A stretch of 64,000 nt of DNA, from IMG/VR virus record IMGVR_UViG_3300023184_000036. One strand, 5' to 3'. The translations under genes were made by a program, and so were the position numbers. Of the stretch, positions 27,163-37,103 are shown one piece after another. Numbering within the stretch: position 1 is the stretch's first letter; the number at the start of each line of letters is the position of its first letter. The notes under the pieces are model-generated. The model saw only the letters and a program-made list of their open reading frames with translations. It was not told where the DNA came from and did not search any database. The stretch comes from a virus.

Positions 27163-27515
27163 GGTATAATATTTCGTGCTACACTTGGTGCTATTGTTGT
27201 ATTTTTATTATAACCAAGTTTGCTTGTTGCGCCTTTTGCATTATTAAAAAAGCTAATTAATAAATTTTTTGTATTATTACTTGTGGGATTTGTTTGAAAT
27301 TGCTTAATGATATCAAGGGGTTCTAATTTATTATTATAACTTAATGTGATAACGCTTTGTGCCAGTGAACTTGCGGCATCAACACTTTGGGTTAAACCAT
27401 AAAAATATCCAAATACTTGACCCCATAGTGCTTCACTTACTTGAATAGGTTGACTAAAATAGCCATTAAAAAATACTTGGGTATCAGTTTGCTGATTATA
27501 AGGTATATTTGCCAT
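27159..27515 (-). CDS. hypothetical structural-region protein
   Basis: 118 aa ORF with TAAATA upstream. Confidence 0.55.
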   Translation of the reverse strand: MANIPYNQQTDTQVFFNGYFSQPIQVSEALWGQVFGYFYGLTQSVDAASSLAQSVITLSYNNKLEPLDIIKQFQTNPTSNNTKNLLISFFNNAKGATSKLGYNKNTTIAPSVARNIIP

Positions 27516-27523
27516 AAAATTAT

Positions 27524-29035
27524 TTATTGGTTTGTAGTTGAAGTTATTTTGTTATTTTGAATATAATTTTTTGCAAGTGGAACTAAATTAAAACCAGGAG
27601 GAACATTTAATTTACTAATATGACTGCTTGCCAGTGTAATATCACTATCAGTATATCCTTGTTTTTTTAATGTTTGAATCCAGTCGTCACTATTATAAAC
27701 AGCATTTGGTGGACTTGTTGGGTCAGCAAAACTTATGCTACTTGGAACATAATTTGGTTGACCATAGTTTACATCACCAATGCTTGCAACACTATTTGGA
27801 TTATCAATATATTGCTGTGCTATTACTGCTTTTGCAGTTTCAGTATTACTAAAACCACCATAACTAGCTAATGTTGATGTTGGAACAGTAGCAATGAAAT
27901 TAGATGCATCATTAACTTGTTGAGCACTATATCCTTGATTCCATAGTGTAGTTTGCCAACTATTTGTTTCAAATGGATTTGTTGGAACAAAGCTACGTGA
28001 AGTATCTATACTTTGTGTATTTGTATCAATATCACTTGGTCTTGGTGGTGGCAGTGGAACTGCTATTGCTACAGGCGCAACACTTGTATCAGCTAATGGA
28101 AATTCTGTATTTGCATTAGTTTGATTCAAGTCATTATTTTGAATGATAGCATTAATTTCTTCGGGGCTAAAACCTTGATTTGCAGTTGGATTATAATATG
28201 TTCCTTGATCTACAAATCCGAATGAACCTCTTTGTTGTTGGTAATATTGTCCACGATTTACAAACTCACTGCCTTGTTGTTCAAGTTGTCCAGTTACTGG
28301 ATTTATAAAATTATTTCTGCCTAAAATACCACTCAACGGACTTAATGAATTATCATAATATGCTGTTTCATTAAATCCTGGCATGTCCCGAACATAACCA
28401 CCTTCATAGGTTACTCCATTATAACGAACTTGCATAGTGGCTTCCATTAAACTATCGCTTGCGCTATAATCATGTGTATCGTGTTGAAAACTTGTAATTA
28501 CAGGACTCATAAGAGTTATCTTATTTGCTTGACCACTTTGCATGCTATATATTTCAATTGCACTTAAAAATGGTGTTAAACTTCCATTATCTAGACCCCA
28601 AGCACTATGCAGTCTTTGTTGATAACGATCATCATAGTTGTAATCATTTAAACTATATAGTCCATCAGCATAATAATAGTTGTAATAATCTTGCCATAAT
28701 TCACGTAAACCATTTTGGTTATCATCATGAAATTTGATAGTTACTGGATCATATTTTATACGATCTTGGATATAAGTGTGTTTATTATATTGGTTTAAGT
28801 CTTTTACATCTATAGTAAATCTTGGTAAGTCAATACTTTTTACAAGATAGCCAATTTCACGTGTAGAAACATGTCGTGGAACGCCTTGACCCAAAATAAA
28901 ATTAACATAAAAAAGAAATTTATACTTTGGACTACGACTAAAGTTACTAGTTCTAAAAATTTGAGCGGCGTGTGCATAATCATGAACATCACCGCCGCCC
29001 AATAAACTATTTAAAAAGCCCCATAAACTAGCCAT
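27524..29035 (-). CDS. tail-tube-like/baseplate protein with C-terminal extension
   Basis: N-terminal gp19/gp54-like LVKSIDLPRF...NQYN...YDPVTIKFHDD; QGY(S/T)-type repeats in the C-terminal part. Confidence 0.65.
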   Translation of the reverse strand: MASLWGFLNSLLGGGDVHDYAHAAQIFRTSNFSRSPKYKFLFYVNFILGQGVPRHVSTREIGYLVKSIDLPRFTIDVKDLNQYNKHTYIQDRIKYDPVTIKFHDDNQNGLRELWQDYYNYYYADGLYSLNDYNYDDRYQQRLHSAWGLDNGSLTPFLSAIEIYSMQSGQANKITLMSPVITSFQHDTHDYSASDSLMEATMQVRYNGVTYEGGYVRDMPGFNETAYYDNSLSPLSGILGRNNFINPVTGQLEQQGSEFVNRGQYYQQQRGSFGFVDQGTYYNPTANQGFSPEEINAIIQNNDLNQTNANTEFPLADTSVAPVAIAVPLPPPRPSDIDTNTQSIDTSRSFVPTNPFETNSWQTTLWNQGYSAQQVNDASNFIATVPTSTLASYGGFSNTETAKAVIAQQYIDNPNSVASIGDVNYGQPNYVPSSISFADPTSPPNAVYNSDDWIQTLKKQGYTDSDITLASSHISKLNVPPGFNLVPLAKNYIQNNKITSTTNQ

Positions 29036-29046
29036 TGGCTAAATCC

Positions 29047-29670
29047 TTAGCCAGAAATACTGGCCCCACTGGTTCTTGTCACAGCCTTACCAACTCCATT
29101 ACTAGTTGGAATTTGAAGTGCATTATCATAACGAATGGTCAATGTAATAGTTGCTGGATCATTGCTATTATAATCAAAGTTGTTATAATTTACTTCTGCC
29201 AAGAAGCAACCATACAATTGCCAAGTTTCAAGTGTAGTTGGACCGTTTTGACCATTGCCACCATCAAGTGCTTCAAATTGTGTAGTAAACTTATAATCAA
29301 TACCACTAACTGCACTTGTTTGTTCAGCAAAATCAAATTGCTTTTGGATTTGCTCACCAACAAGAACACGCACGCTGCCATTGGCATCATCACGAAGGTT
29401 AACAGTAACCTGTTGCCACTCAGGACGACCTTGTAGGTACATTCTGCTGTTATAAACTGGAATTTCAATTTGATTAAAGTTTACATTTGGACGTGTAAAA
29501 TCCATAACTTGCTTTGTAAGTTCTGTAGTTGGGTTTGTGACGCCAAAATTCAAGAATGTAACTCTAAAGCGGTATTTTAGCAAAGGCATTAATAAGCCTT
29601 GATTGCCCGCACTCTGGTCACTATTACTAGCAACAGGAACCGTCATGTTGAGTAATGATGCAACTGCCAT
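29047..29670 (-). CDS. tail tube protein (T4 gp19-like)
   Basis: YRFRV.F, RPNV.F, G.PEWQ.VTV.LRDD, W.LYGC, Y...DY, I.LTIRYDNA; follows the sheath gene. Confidence 0.88.
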   Translation of the reverse strand: MAVASLLNMTVPVASNSDQSAGNQGLLMPLLKYRFRVTFLNFGVTNPTTELTKQVMDFTRPNVNFNQIEIPVYNSRMYLQGRPEWQQVTVNLRDDANGSVRVLVGEQIQKQFDFAEQTSAVSGIDYKFTTQFEALDGGNGQNGPTTLETWQLYGCFLAEVNYNNFDYNSNDPATITLTIRYDNALQIPTSNGVGKAVTRTSGASISG

Positions 29671-29732
29671 CTGTATCTCCTATTAAAAGTATTTATAACA
29701 ATTAGAATACTTTTTAAGGGGGGTATAAAACA

Positions 29733-29769
29733 AAAAAGCCGCCTATAAAGGCGGCTTCTTGTATTTTTT
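29733..29769. terminator. intrinsic terminator between sheath and tube genes
   Basis: AAAAAAGCCGCC-TATAAA-GGCGGCTTCTT hairpin flanked by A/T runs. Confidence 0.7.
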
Positions 29770-29786
29770 TATTTTAATGTATAATA

Positions 29787-32700
29787 TTATACACCCAAAG
29801 TTAAACTTGGAGTAATATTACTTAATCCACCTTGGTTTGCATTTGTACCAGCAATTGCACCAGTATTTAAGATACGAACAGGTATATAGATGAACTCTAC
29901 AGCCTTTGTTGGTTCAATTGCGATATCAATATGCAATTCATTTTGATCAATAGTAGATGGTGTATTGTTTGTAGTATCACAAACTACAAGATAATCATAC
30001 ACACCACGTTGAGTTTTAACATCGTTTAGCAATGCTGATACAGCGTTTGTAGCAGTATTACGTGTTACAGTGTCGTTTGGCTCAAATACCAATGGTTTAG
30101 CAATACGTTCAAGGTTGTAACGTAGATAGTTGATTAGACGTGCAACGTTGATACGGTCAAGAGCAGTAGCAGTTGCCTGACGAGTATGGTTACCATAGTT
30201 AAGAATACCTTCTGTTGGGAACACTGCAACTGGATTTACGTTATTGCTATATAGTAAATCACGTAGACCTTGGTTAGTTCCAATACTATAGAACTTACCA
30301 GTTACACGGTCAACATAACCAATCTTGATTACATTGTCAATTTTACCACGCAATGAACCTGCTGGTGCAAACCATGGAGCACTTGCTTGATCGCTCTTAA
30401 TAATCATACGTAGGATTGCATGTGTAATAGGAACAACAATCTGACCATTGCCATCAAGTGCATTTGTATAACCTGCACCTGGATAGAACACAGCAGTATA
30501 ACTATCACTCGTAGCAAGACCATCTTCACCAGTGCTTGCAACACCACTTGTGTTAGTAACATAGTTGCTTACACTTGTAGTATCAGCAGTAAGACCCATT
30601 GGTGTGTCAGCAATGATAAATCCAGTGTTACGACGATCATTATTAAGTGAAATTAGATTTGTCGTCAATTCTGGATATCCTGGACATACAAGAAGATTAA
30701 AGTTAGTTTGATCTTCACGTATTGTTGTATTATTATCAACTGCTGTCTTAAGTGCATTTACAACAACATTGCGAACTGCCTTACGACCCATGTAAGGAAC
30801 ACCAGCAGTATTGCTACCACTTACACTTTGCCAAGTAGCAGCAACAGCAGGAATAGTTCCTAATGGATAGTTTGCACTTGTAAACTTGTTAGCCTTGTAT
30901 TGTTTTACATTATAAGTGCTACGACGAGTATTGAATAGCAACATACCACGTGGATATAGTTGTGGATTTGGTGCATCTAAATCAAGATAATTGCTTGTCA
31001 ATAGACTTACAATTGTTGGCTTTGCATCAAGAGCAGGATCTACTGTGCCGGAAGTATCCCAACGTGCATCAGCAAACAAGATACCATTTTCAGTTGTATT
31101 ATCAGTGTTATCAATTTGAACCCACTGTGCGGTGCCGCTTACACTCTGCCAACGATAAATCTTTGGATAGTTTTCAAGATCACTTGTATCTACCCATAGG
31201 TCACCATAAACAAGACTTGAATTGTCAGTTTGTTTTGTAGGTTGACTTGCACTAATAATTGGACCAAGTGGATCTGTATTTGCAAGATTATATCCACGTG
31301 CATCACTACTTACGTTTTGATAACCTCTCCAATTAGTGCCATTACTAATCATAATGTCAACTTCAAGTGGAGTTGAAGCATACCAATAAGTGCCGTCATC
31401 AGGTTCTACAACTGGTTGTGTAGCTTGTTGGTAAAGATTACTTGCAGGATACCAATTACTACCAATAAGATAACCATCACTTTCATCATCAAATACGTTA
31501 TCAAGACTTGTTGTAATACCAGCAGCAGTAATTGGAGTTCCACTTACGTTGTGAAATTCAATATCACCACCACTTGTATGACTAATTGAAATGTAATTAG
31601 TTGCACTTAATGATGCAGTAAGATATGGAACATTAGCCGCAAGTACATCACTTACAAAACTTGCCGCACTTGTGCTACTCAATGTAATTGTATATGCGCT
31701 ACTCCAGCTGCTACTACCAGGACTTGTTGTTCTTATAGTAAAGCTATTACCAGCACTAAATGTTGGATTTGCAACACTACCAGTAACAACAGTAGCAGTT
31801 CCACCACCATTCCATTGTAATAGTTTATATGTGCCTGTGTTTGTACCAAGAACATCATATTCAACAAATAGCGTATCTGCTGCAATACCTAAACCACCAA
31901 GTGTTGGATCAAGATTATAAAGTGCAGTTTTACGATCTGCATAAACTGGTGCAGGTATAGTGTCAAACGCCATAGTAGCACTGTTATAACGATAAATCTT
32001 AAAGTTTGCACCACCGTTTACAGCGGTAGTTTTCATCCAAATACTACCTGTTGGATGTGGTTGCGCATCAGTTGATTTCCATGCAGGAACACTGTAGTGT
32101 GCACCATAACTAAGTGCAGGACTCCAGTATGTACCTGGTGTTAAGCCAAGAGCATTAAGTGGGTTACCACTGCTATTACTAATAGTAATTTTACCGTCAG
32201 CTGCAGCATTAGCACCACCACTCTTTGCACTTGCGTTTGCAAACAAATTAAAGTAACCATTAACAACTTGTGCATTAATACCAGACAAACCAGCACTATT
32301 AATAGTTGCGGCAAGATTTGACGCACTTGTGTTTGCTATTGTAAATGTATTACCATTTATTACAAGTGCTGTTGCAAGAGTTAACGCACTTGCTTGTGCA
32401 TTACCAGTAAGAGTTGGTGTTTTAATTGCCCATGCATTGCTACCAATAAGGTTCCAAGAATTATCATAAGCCTTACGATATATTGGATTCTTTACATCTG
32501 TAGCATTAAGTGCATAACTTCCAACTGTGCCAATATTACTATAAGGAACACCACCAGTTAACTGTGTTGAACTTGTTATTACAGTTGGGCTTTTTTGGAC
32601 GAATGTTTCATTTGTGTAATCCCATTCAAATACGCCATAACTTGTAGTTGCGGTATCCATCCATTGAGTTCCGCCTGCTGGTTCAGCATAAGGACGTGAA

Positions 32701-33068
32701 CTACTGCCACTTAACTGTGCAAGGTCAACATTTGCACGAAGAACATAAACTTGATTAGTAACACCAAGTGTGCTGTGTGCAGCCATAAGACCGTATTCTG
32801 CGGTCTCGCTACCAAATAAACGATTTCCACTTGCATCTGTTGGGAAAATTGGTAAACCATAATTTGTAAGAAGGTCTTTTTGACTTGAAATAAGTTGTAG
32901 TGTGTTTACTGTTGCTTCAGTTGTGTAACTTGCTATACCGCCAGCAGTGCTTGTTTTGTCTGTTGCAGTAGCAAGAAGAACGAAAGGTACTGTGCCAGGA
33001 CCAGTAGGAGCGTAATTGCTTTGATCAATTACTGTTACTGATACGCCAGGAGATGTTAGTGTTGCCAT
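29787..33068 (-). CDS. tail sheath protein (T4 gp18-like) with large insertions
   Basis: LTSPGVSVTVID N-terminus; PWFAPAG.LRG; LDRINVARL; FEPND..TR; IEPTKAVEFIYIP. Confidence 0.93.
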   Translation of the reverse strand: MATLTSPGVSVTVIDQSNYAPTGPGTVPFVLLATATDKTSTAGGIASYTTEATVNTLQLISSQKDLLTNYGLPIFPTDASGNRLFGSETAEYGLMAAHSTLGVTNQVYVLRANVDLAQLSGSSSRPYAEPAGGTQWMDTATTSYGVFEWDYTNETFVQKSPTVITSSTQLTGGVPYSNIGTVGSYALNATDVKNPIYRKAYDNSWNLIGSNAWAIKTPTLTGNAQASALTLATALVINGNTFTIANTSASNLAATINSAGLSGINAQVVNGYFNLFANASAKSGGANAAADGKITISNSSGNPLNALGLTPGTYWSPALSYGAHYSVPAWKSTDAQPHPTGSIWMKTTAVNGGANFKIYRYNSATMAFDTIPAPVYADRKTALYNLDPTLGGLGIAADTLFVEYDVLGTNTGTYKLLQWNGGGTATVVTGSVANPTFSAGNSFTIRTTSPGSSSWSSAYTITLSSTSAASFVSDVLAANVPYLTASLSATNYISISHTSGGDIEFHNVSGTPITAAGITTSLDNVFDDESDGYLIGSNWYPASNLYQQATQPVVEPDDGTYWYASTPLEVDIMISNGTNWRGYQNVSSDARGYNLANTDPLGPIISASQPTKQTDNSSLVYGDLWVDTSDLENYPKIYRWQSVSGTAQWVQIDNTDNTTENGILFADARWDTSGTVDPALDAKPTIVSLLTSNYLDLDAPNPQLYPRGMLLFNTRRSTYNVKQYKANKFTSANYPLGTIPAVAATWQSVSGSNTAGVPYMGRKAVRNVVVNALKTAVDNNTTIREDQTNFNLLVCPGYPELTTNLISLNNDRRNTGFIIADTPMGLTADTTSVSNYVTNTSGVASTGEDGLATSDSYTAVFYPGAGYTNALDGNGQIVVPITHAILRMIIKSDQASAPWFAPAGSLRGKIDNVIKIGYVDRVTGKFYSIGTNQGLRDLLYSNNVNPVAVFPTEGILNYGNHTRQATATALDRINVARLINYLRYNLERIAKPLVFEPNDTVTRNTATNAVSALLNDVKTQRGVYDYLVVCDTTNNTPSTIDQNELHIDIAIEPTKAVEFIYIPVRILNTGAIAGTNANQGGLSNITPSLTLGV

Positions 33069-33135
33069 TTGGTCTATCCTTATAGGTGTTGATAATATTT
33101 AGCGGATAGACCTAAAAGAACCGCCATTTAAAGAG

Positions 33136-33759
33136 TTATATACGGATATTATCCAATAATGTGCTGACTTTACTCTTTAAATCTTCAATAGTGCCACTAT
33201 TGTCAATTAGTGTGTCAACATTTTCTGTAACCCAACTCCACTCACTTGGGTGAATATCGTTAGGTTCTTCACCTTTTGTTACTAAATTTACTAACCAATC
33301 AGGGTCTTCACCACGACGAACACCCCATACTTCACCACCAAGTTTGCGAATCATTTGTATTTCATTTGGAAAACGAGTATCAGGAATTACAATATTATGT
33401 GGTTTATTAACATAACCGATTCCCATGCTTTTTATTTTTTTTTCAAGACTTGCAACCCAAATTTCTTCATGGAAACCTACACGGCATACTTCTGTGCCCC
33501 AATATTGTAAAACCCATCGTGGTGTTAAATTTGGTATAGCAAGTCGTGCGCTCCACCAATCATCAACAGTTTCACGCCATTCACGACTTTCTTTTGTATC
33601 GCCTTCAAGTAAATGACGAGACCAACTGAACACTGATGCAACAACGTCTTTAAGACTATCAGCAAAACTTAACTTTTCAAAGCCAAATTCACCAACTAAT
33701 ATATCTGCAACGGTTCCTTTGCCACCACCGATAAGACCGCATACACCAATAATTTTCAT
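33136..33759 (-). CDS. deoxynucleoside monophosphate kinase (T4 gp1-like)
   Basis: IIGVCGLIGGGKGTVA; SFADSLKD; TPR.VLQ.WGTEV.R; DTRFPNE; H.SE. Confidence 0.9.
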   Translation of the reverse strand: MKIIGVCGLIGGGKGTVADILVGEFGFEKLSFADSLKDVVASVFSWSRHLLEGDTKESREWRETVDDWWSARLAIPNLTPRWVLQYWGTEVCRVGFHEEIWVASLEKKIKSMGIGYVNKPHNIVIPDTRFPNEIQMIRKLGGEVWGVRRGEDPDWLVNLVTKGEEPNDIHPSEWSWVTENVDTLIDNSGTIEDLKSKVSTLLDNIRI

Positions 33760-33796
33760 AATTTAATTTATAACAAAATTAAAGGTTGTTGTCAAA

Positions 33797-34549
33797 TTAT
33801 CCTATGACAAACCACATTGGAGTTTCACCAGTCATACTGTTTGTAATTTCAAGTTCAAGTGCATCTAACTTTGCTTGACCACGTGTTAATAGGTCAGTCC
33901 CGTTTAATGAACTACCACCTTGTGGACCAGGCAATGTTGAGAATTTACTACGTACTTCGCCTAAAATCATCATACATTTTGCTAAAGTATATTCACGAAG
34001 CCATGGTTTGCTATAAATGTCAGTTAATAATGTAATATCTGGTTTATAATTTTCTGTCCAAATAAGAATAGTTTCTTTGTCACTACGTGGACGGCGCATA
34101 ATTGTAAGTTCTTTTGTAACTGTATTAAACTTATAATTTAAGAAACCACCGAACATTTTTGCGGCTTCTTTCAAGAAAGAACTGTAAAGATAATATGTTG
34201 CTAAACCACCAACACGACCACTTTGTATCATATAAAAGTTTACGAAACCTGCTTCAAATGGTTCGTATTGGCTACTTGTGCCACTGTTTGCACCAATATT
34301 ACGCTTAAAACAATTACGAACACTTATAACTTCATTTGGTAATGTATAAGTGTTTGTATCTTGTATGAGTTCTAAAAATGAATAACTTTCTTCAACACTG
34401 TTGGCACTGCGTTGGCGATAGCGAATAATAGCCTGTGTTAATGCAGTTTCATAATGAATTGGATCAAGTTCAATGTCAATGATACCATCACCAAGGGTAT
34501 AACGGACATAATCAAATACTTCTGTTTTTAATTCTTGCAGTGTTGCCAT
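33797..34549 (-). CDS. neck/head-tail adaptor protein (T4 gp13-like)
   Basis: YVRYTLG..IIDIELD; WLREY.LA....LGE.RSKF..LPGPQGG.SLNG. Confidence 0.82.
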   Translation of the reverse strand: MATLQELKTEVFDYVRYTLGDGIIDIELDPIHYETALTQAIIRYRQRSANSVEESYSFLELIQDTNTYTLPNEVISVRNCFKRNIGANSGTSSQYEPFEAGFVNFYMIQSGRVGGLATYYLYSSFLKEAAKMFGGFLNYKFNTVTKELTIMRRPRSDKETILIWTENYKPDITLLTDIYSKPWLREYTLAKCMMILGEVRSKFSTLPGPQGGSSLNGTDLLTRGQAKLDALELEITNSMTGETPMWFVIG

Positions 34550-34579
34550 GCAAATATTTATCGGTTAAATAACATTAAT

Positions 34580-35488
34580 ATGAGTCAAATTATTTGCAAA
34601 TTAAAAGATGGGCAGACAATAGATATTGAACTATTGAATAATCCATTTATGTTTGATTTTATTGAGCAGTTTAAAAAGGTAAACCACAATCTTGAATTTG
34701 ATCAAGAATTTTTTAATCCGTGTGGTTATGAAAATAGGTGGTCACAAAAAAGAATAGAAATCTTTGAATCAAAAATAAAAGAAGCAATCAGAAATTTAAA
34801 TTTTCTTGGTGTAAATTTTCCCATTGCAGAAGATGAAATTCAAATTACAAATGATTCAAATGGCAGAGATTTGTTAAACCGTTTACACCGACACTTTACA
34901 ACGGGACATAGATCAGCATCTGAAACAAAAAATTTTATATGGTTAGAAAATTCAAATTTAACTTTTTCTATCAATGAGGAAAATTATAATGAATTTGCAA
35001 AATGGACTCATCAAATAAATGATTATGTTCACCAAAGTGAACCTTATTTTATTAATTCTAGAAAATTAAATTTTCCCATGACAAAAGAATACTTGATTTT
35101 ATATAAAAGTATGGCATTTAGTGAACAAAATTTTAATTACTTCTGTTCAATAAAACAAGAACATTACGAATATTTTAGTGATGATATGCACTTTGATGTA
35201 TGGTTACCATTAAATCAAATTCAAGGAAAAAATTATTTACAAGGTTATATAGATGAAGATAATCCAACACATTGGGATATAAGTTCAAATATTTTTTACA
35301 GTGGTAGTTTTAGTATAGGTGATAGAGGATGGTATCATAATGAAGAAATTCAAAACTATCTCAAATCGTATGGAATTGAAACAGGACCGCATACATGTGG
35401 TATGCCTCTAGGAAAAATAATAAAAGGACGTGAATTAATTCCCAGCTTAACTAAAAATAAAATAATAGCAATTGATTACAACGAATAG
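34580..35488 (+). CDS. hypothetical protein, AT-rich, opposite strand
   Basis: ORF downstream of TAAATA (34567-34572); LNRLHRHF and GK.Y...D.D motifs. Confidence 0.6.
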   Translation: MSQIICKLKDGQTIDIELLNNPFMFDFIEQFKKVNHNLEFDQEFFNPCGYENRWSQKRIEIFESKIKEAIRNLNFLGVNFPIAEDEIQITNDSNGRDLLNRLHRHFTTGHRSASETKNFIWLENSNLTFSINEENYNEFAKWTHQINDYVHQSEPYFINSRKLNFPMTKEYLILYKSMAFSEQNFNYFCSIKQEHYEYFSDDMHFDVWLPLNQIQGKNYLQGYIDEDNPTHWDISSNIFYSGSFSIGDRGWYHNEEIQNYLKSYGIETGPHTCGMPLGKIIKGRELIPSLTKNKIIAIDYNE

Positions 35489-35764
35489 TTAGATAGTATC
35501 CCAATCACGACTGTGACTTACAAGTTCATCGCCCCAACGAAGATGAAAATAAACTTCATCCTCTGGTGTAAAATCTGCTTCAATAGTTACTGTATACCCA
35601 ATATAACCATCAGGACTGTTTATGCCTGTTTTAAAAACAGGAGTTTGCAGAGCATGTTCCATTACCCATGCACCAGCATCGCTGTCTTGCCATTTCATTA
35701 TAGGACCAGCAGCATATATTTGTGCATCTTCTACATCACCCATACGGAAACGATGAACTATCAT
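35489..35764 (-). CDS. small protein, FxLR(W/F)G family
   Basis: VHRFRMGDVED...W...G.WVME; C-terminal EDEVYFHLRWG. Confidence 0.65.
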   Translation of the reverse strand: MIVHRFRMGDVEDAQIYAAGPIMKWQDSDAGAWVMEHALQTPVFKTGINSPDGYIGYTVTIEADFTPEDEVYFHLRWGDELVSHSRDWDTI

Positions 35765-35772
35765 AGTTTTAT

Positions 35773-36189
35773 TTAGAAGGGGATATCTTCATCTTCCTTA
35801 CCTTCATGCCAATCTGGACCTGGGTCTTTCCCATCTACGACAGCCTTTGTCATACGATCCATTTTACGCTTGGTTGTGAACTTTTCTTCACGGTCAGTAA
35901 TTGTTTTGTCCTTAAATCCAAGCATATTCAAATACTTACGACATTCGTTCCAACCGTGCATAAAGTGAATGCAATCTTCTGCACTGCCACTAAAGATAGT
36001 AACACCACGTGTGTAAATTGGTAACACATCTCCATCATCTTTTGGAACCATAAGTGCAAACTCTGTGCCATTATTAGTTTCATAAGCATATGAATTAAAT
36101 GCACCACGACTTGGACCAATTTCAAATCCAATCTTGTTGGCAAGACCTGTCATATCGTTGATAGTGCGATAATGATTATAATTTGTCAT
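35773..36189 (-). CDS. hypothetical protein
   Basis: 138 aa ORF translationally coupled to its upstream neighbour. Confidence 0.6.
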   Translation of the reverse strand: MTNYNHYRTINDMTGLANKIGFEIGPSRGAFNSYAYETNNGTEFALMVPKDDGDVLPIYTRGVTIFSGSAEDCIHFMHGWNECRKYLNMLGFKDKTITDREEKFTTKRKMDRMTKAVVDGKDPGPDWHEGKEDEDIPF

Positions 36190-36509
36190 GTTTCAAATCC
36201 TATTACAAATTGAACTAAATCTTCTTCTTGCAAATAAACATGGTAGCGTGTGTAAGTTTCACGTATTTTATATACTTGCGGTTTAGGTCTTTCATAGTTT
36301 TCACGATAAACACTTGCATAATGTGGTGACCATAGATAAATGTCACGCAACTCGCAAATGTTTTGTTCAAACCATTTTTCAACATTAATGCAATTTTGTC
36401 TGTCACGCACAATTATACGATGGCTGTAATGTTCAACCATTTTATTACGACCATCTAATTTTGCCCAACTGATACGTGGGTTAATATATCCGCCATCATA
36501 TCTCATCAC
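36186..36509 (-). CDS. hypothetical protein
   Basis: 107 aa ORF; C-terminal EEDLVQFVIGF resembles the FxLRWG family. Confidence 0.55.
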   Translation of the reverse strand: MMRYDGGYINPRISWAKLDGRNKMVEHYSHRIIVRDRQNCINVEKWFEQNICELRDIYLWSPHYASVYRENYERPKPQVYKIRETYTRYHVYLQEEDLVQFVIGFET

Positions 36510-36516
36510 GATTTAC

Positions 36517-36738
36517 CTATGTTTCAACCGTTTTCCAACCTTTTAATTCAGGATACAGATAATTTTCCAATACTACAACAGCATCACTCATTGCAATAAG
36601 TGCTGCATTTTTATCCGCATCTGCTTCATCATCTATAAGCACATCAATTTCAATTGCCAAAAGTGTAACAATGTATTCAAGTCGATCACGCAACTGCGGA
36701 TCAAGATTTGTGATGTTGCCAGTGTTTGTCTGTTCCAC
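36517..36738 (-). CDS. hypothetical protein
   Basis: 73 aa helical ORF overlapping the end of the QueF-like gene. Confidence 0.5.
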   Translation of the reverse strand: MEQTNTGNITNLDPQLRDRLEYIVTLLAIEIDVLIDDEADADKNAALIAMSDAVVVLENYLYPELKGWKTVET

Positions 36739-37102
36739 CTAAATGTCCCCAATCACTGTCAACTGTCATCTTGCTTGTAATACCACCACGTGGACGGAAC
36801 TCAATCTCAAGGCGAATACGTTCAGGATCATATACTACCATAAGGTGCTTGAACATAACATCAATGCAACGCTCATAACTGATAATTGTATCACGATACT
36901 GATAAAAGTATTCTTTTAGGCTTTTAAGTTCAATAGTTTTATCTTTACCATAAAACCAAATTACAATATGTCCAAAATCAGGTTGATCATGAACACCAAG
37001 AAATGTAAACTCTGGCACAGTGATACGTTGTTCATAACCACGTGCCGCATTAGGCAGTGCTTTCAGCACTGTAAAATCAATAGTATCCCAAAGTTTTTTC
37101 AT
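36701..37102 (-). CDS. QueF-like T-fold protein (preQ0 reductase family), catalytic Cys absent
   Basis: PEFTFLG...QPDFGHI; QueF motif IELKSLKEY; ISYE; F.PRGGI. Confidence 0.8.
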   Translation of the reverse strand: MKKLWDTIDFTVLKALPNAARGYEQRITVPEFTFLGVHDQPDFGHIVIWFYGKDKTIELKSLKEYFYQYRDTIISYERCIDVMFKHLMVVYDPERIRLEIEFRPRGGITSKMTVDSDWGHLGGTDKHWQHHKS

Positions 37103-37103
37103 A

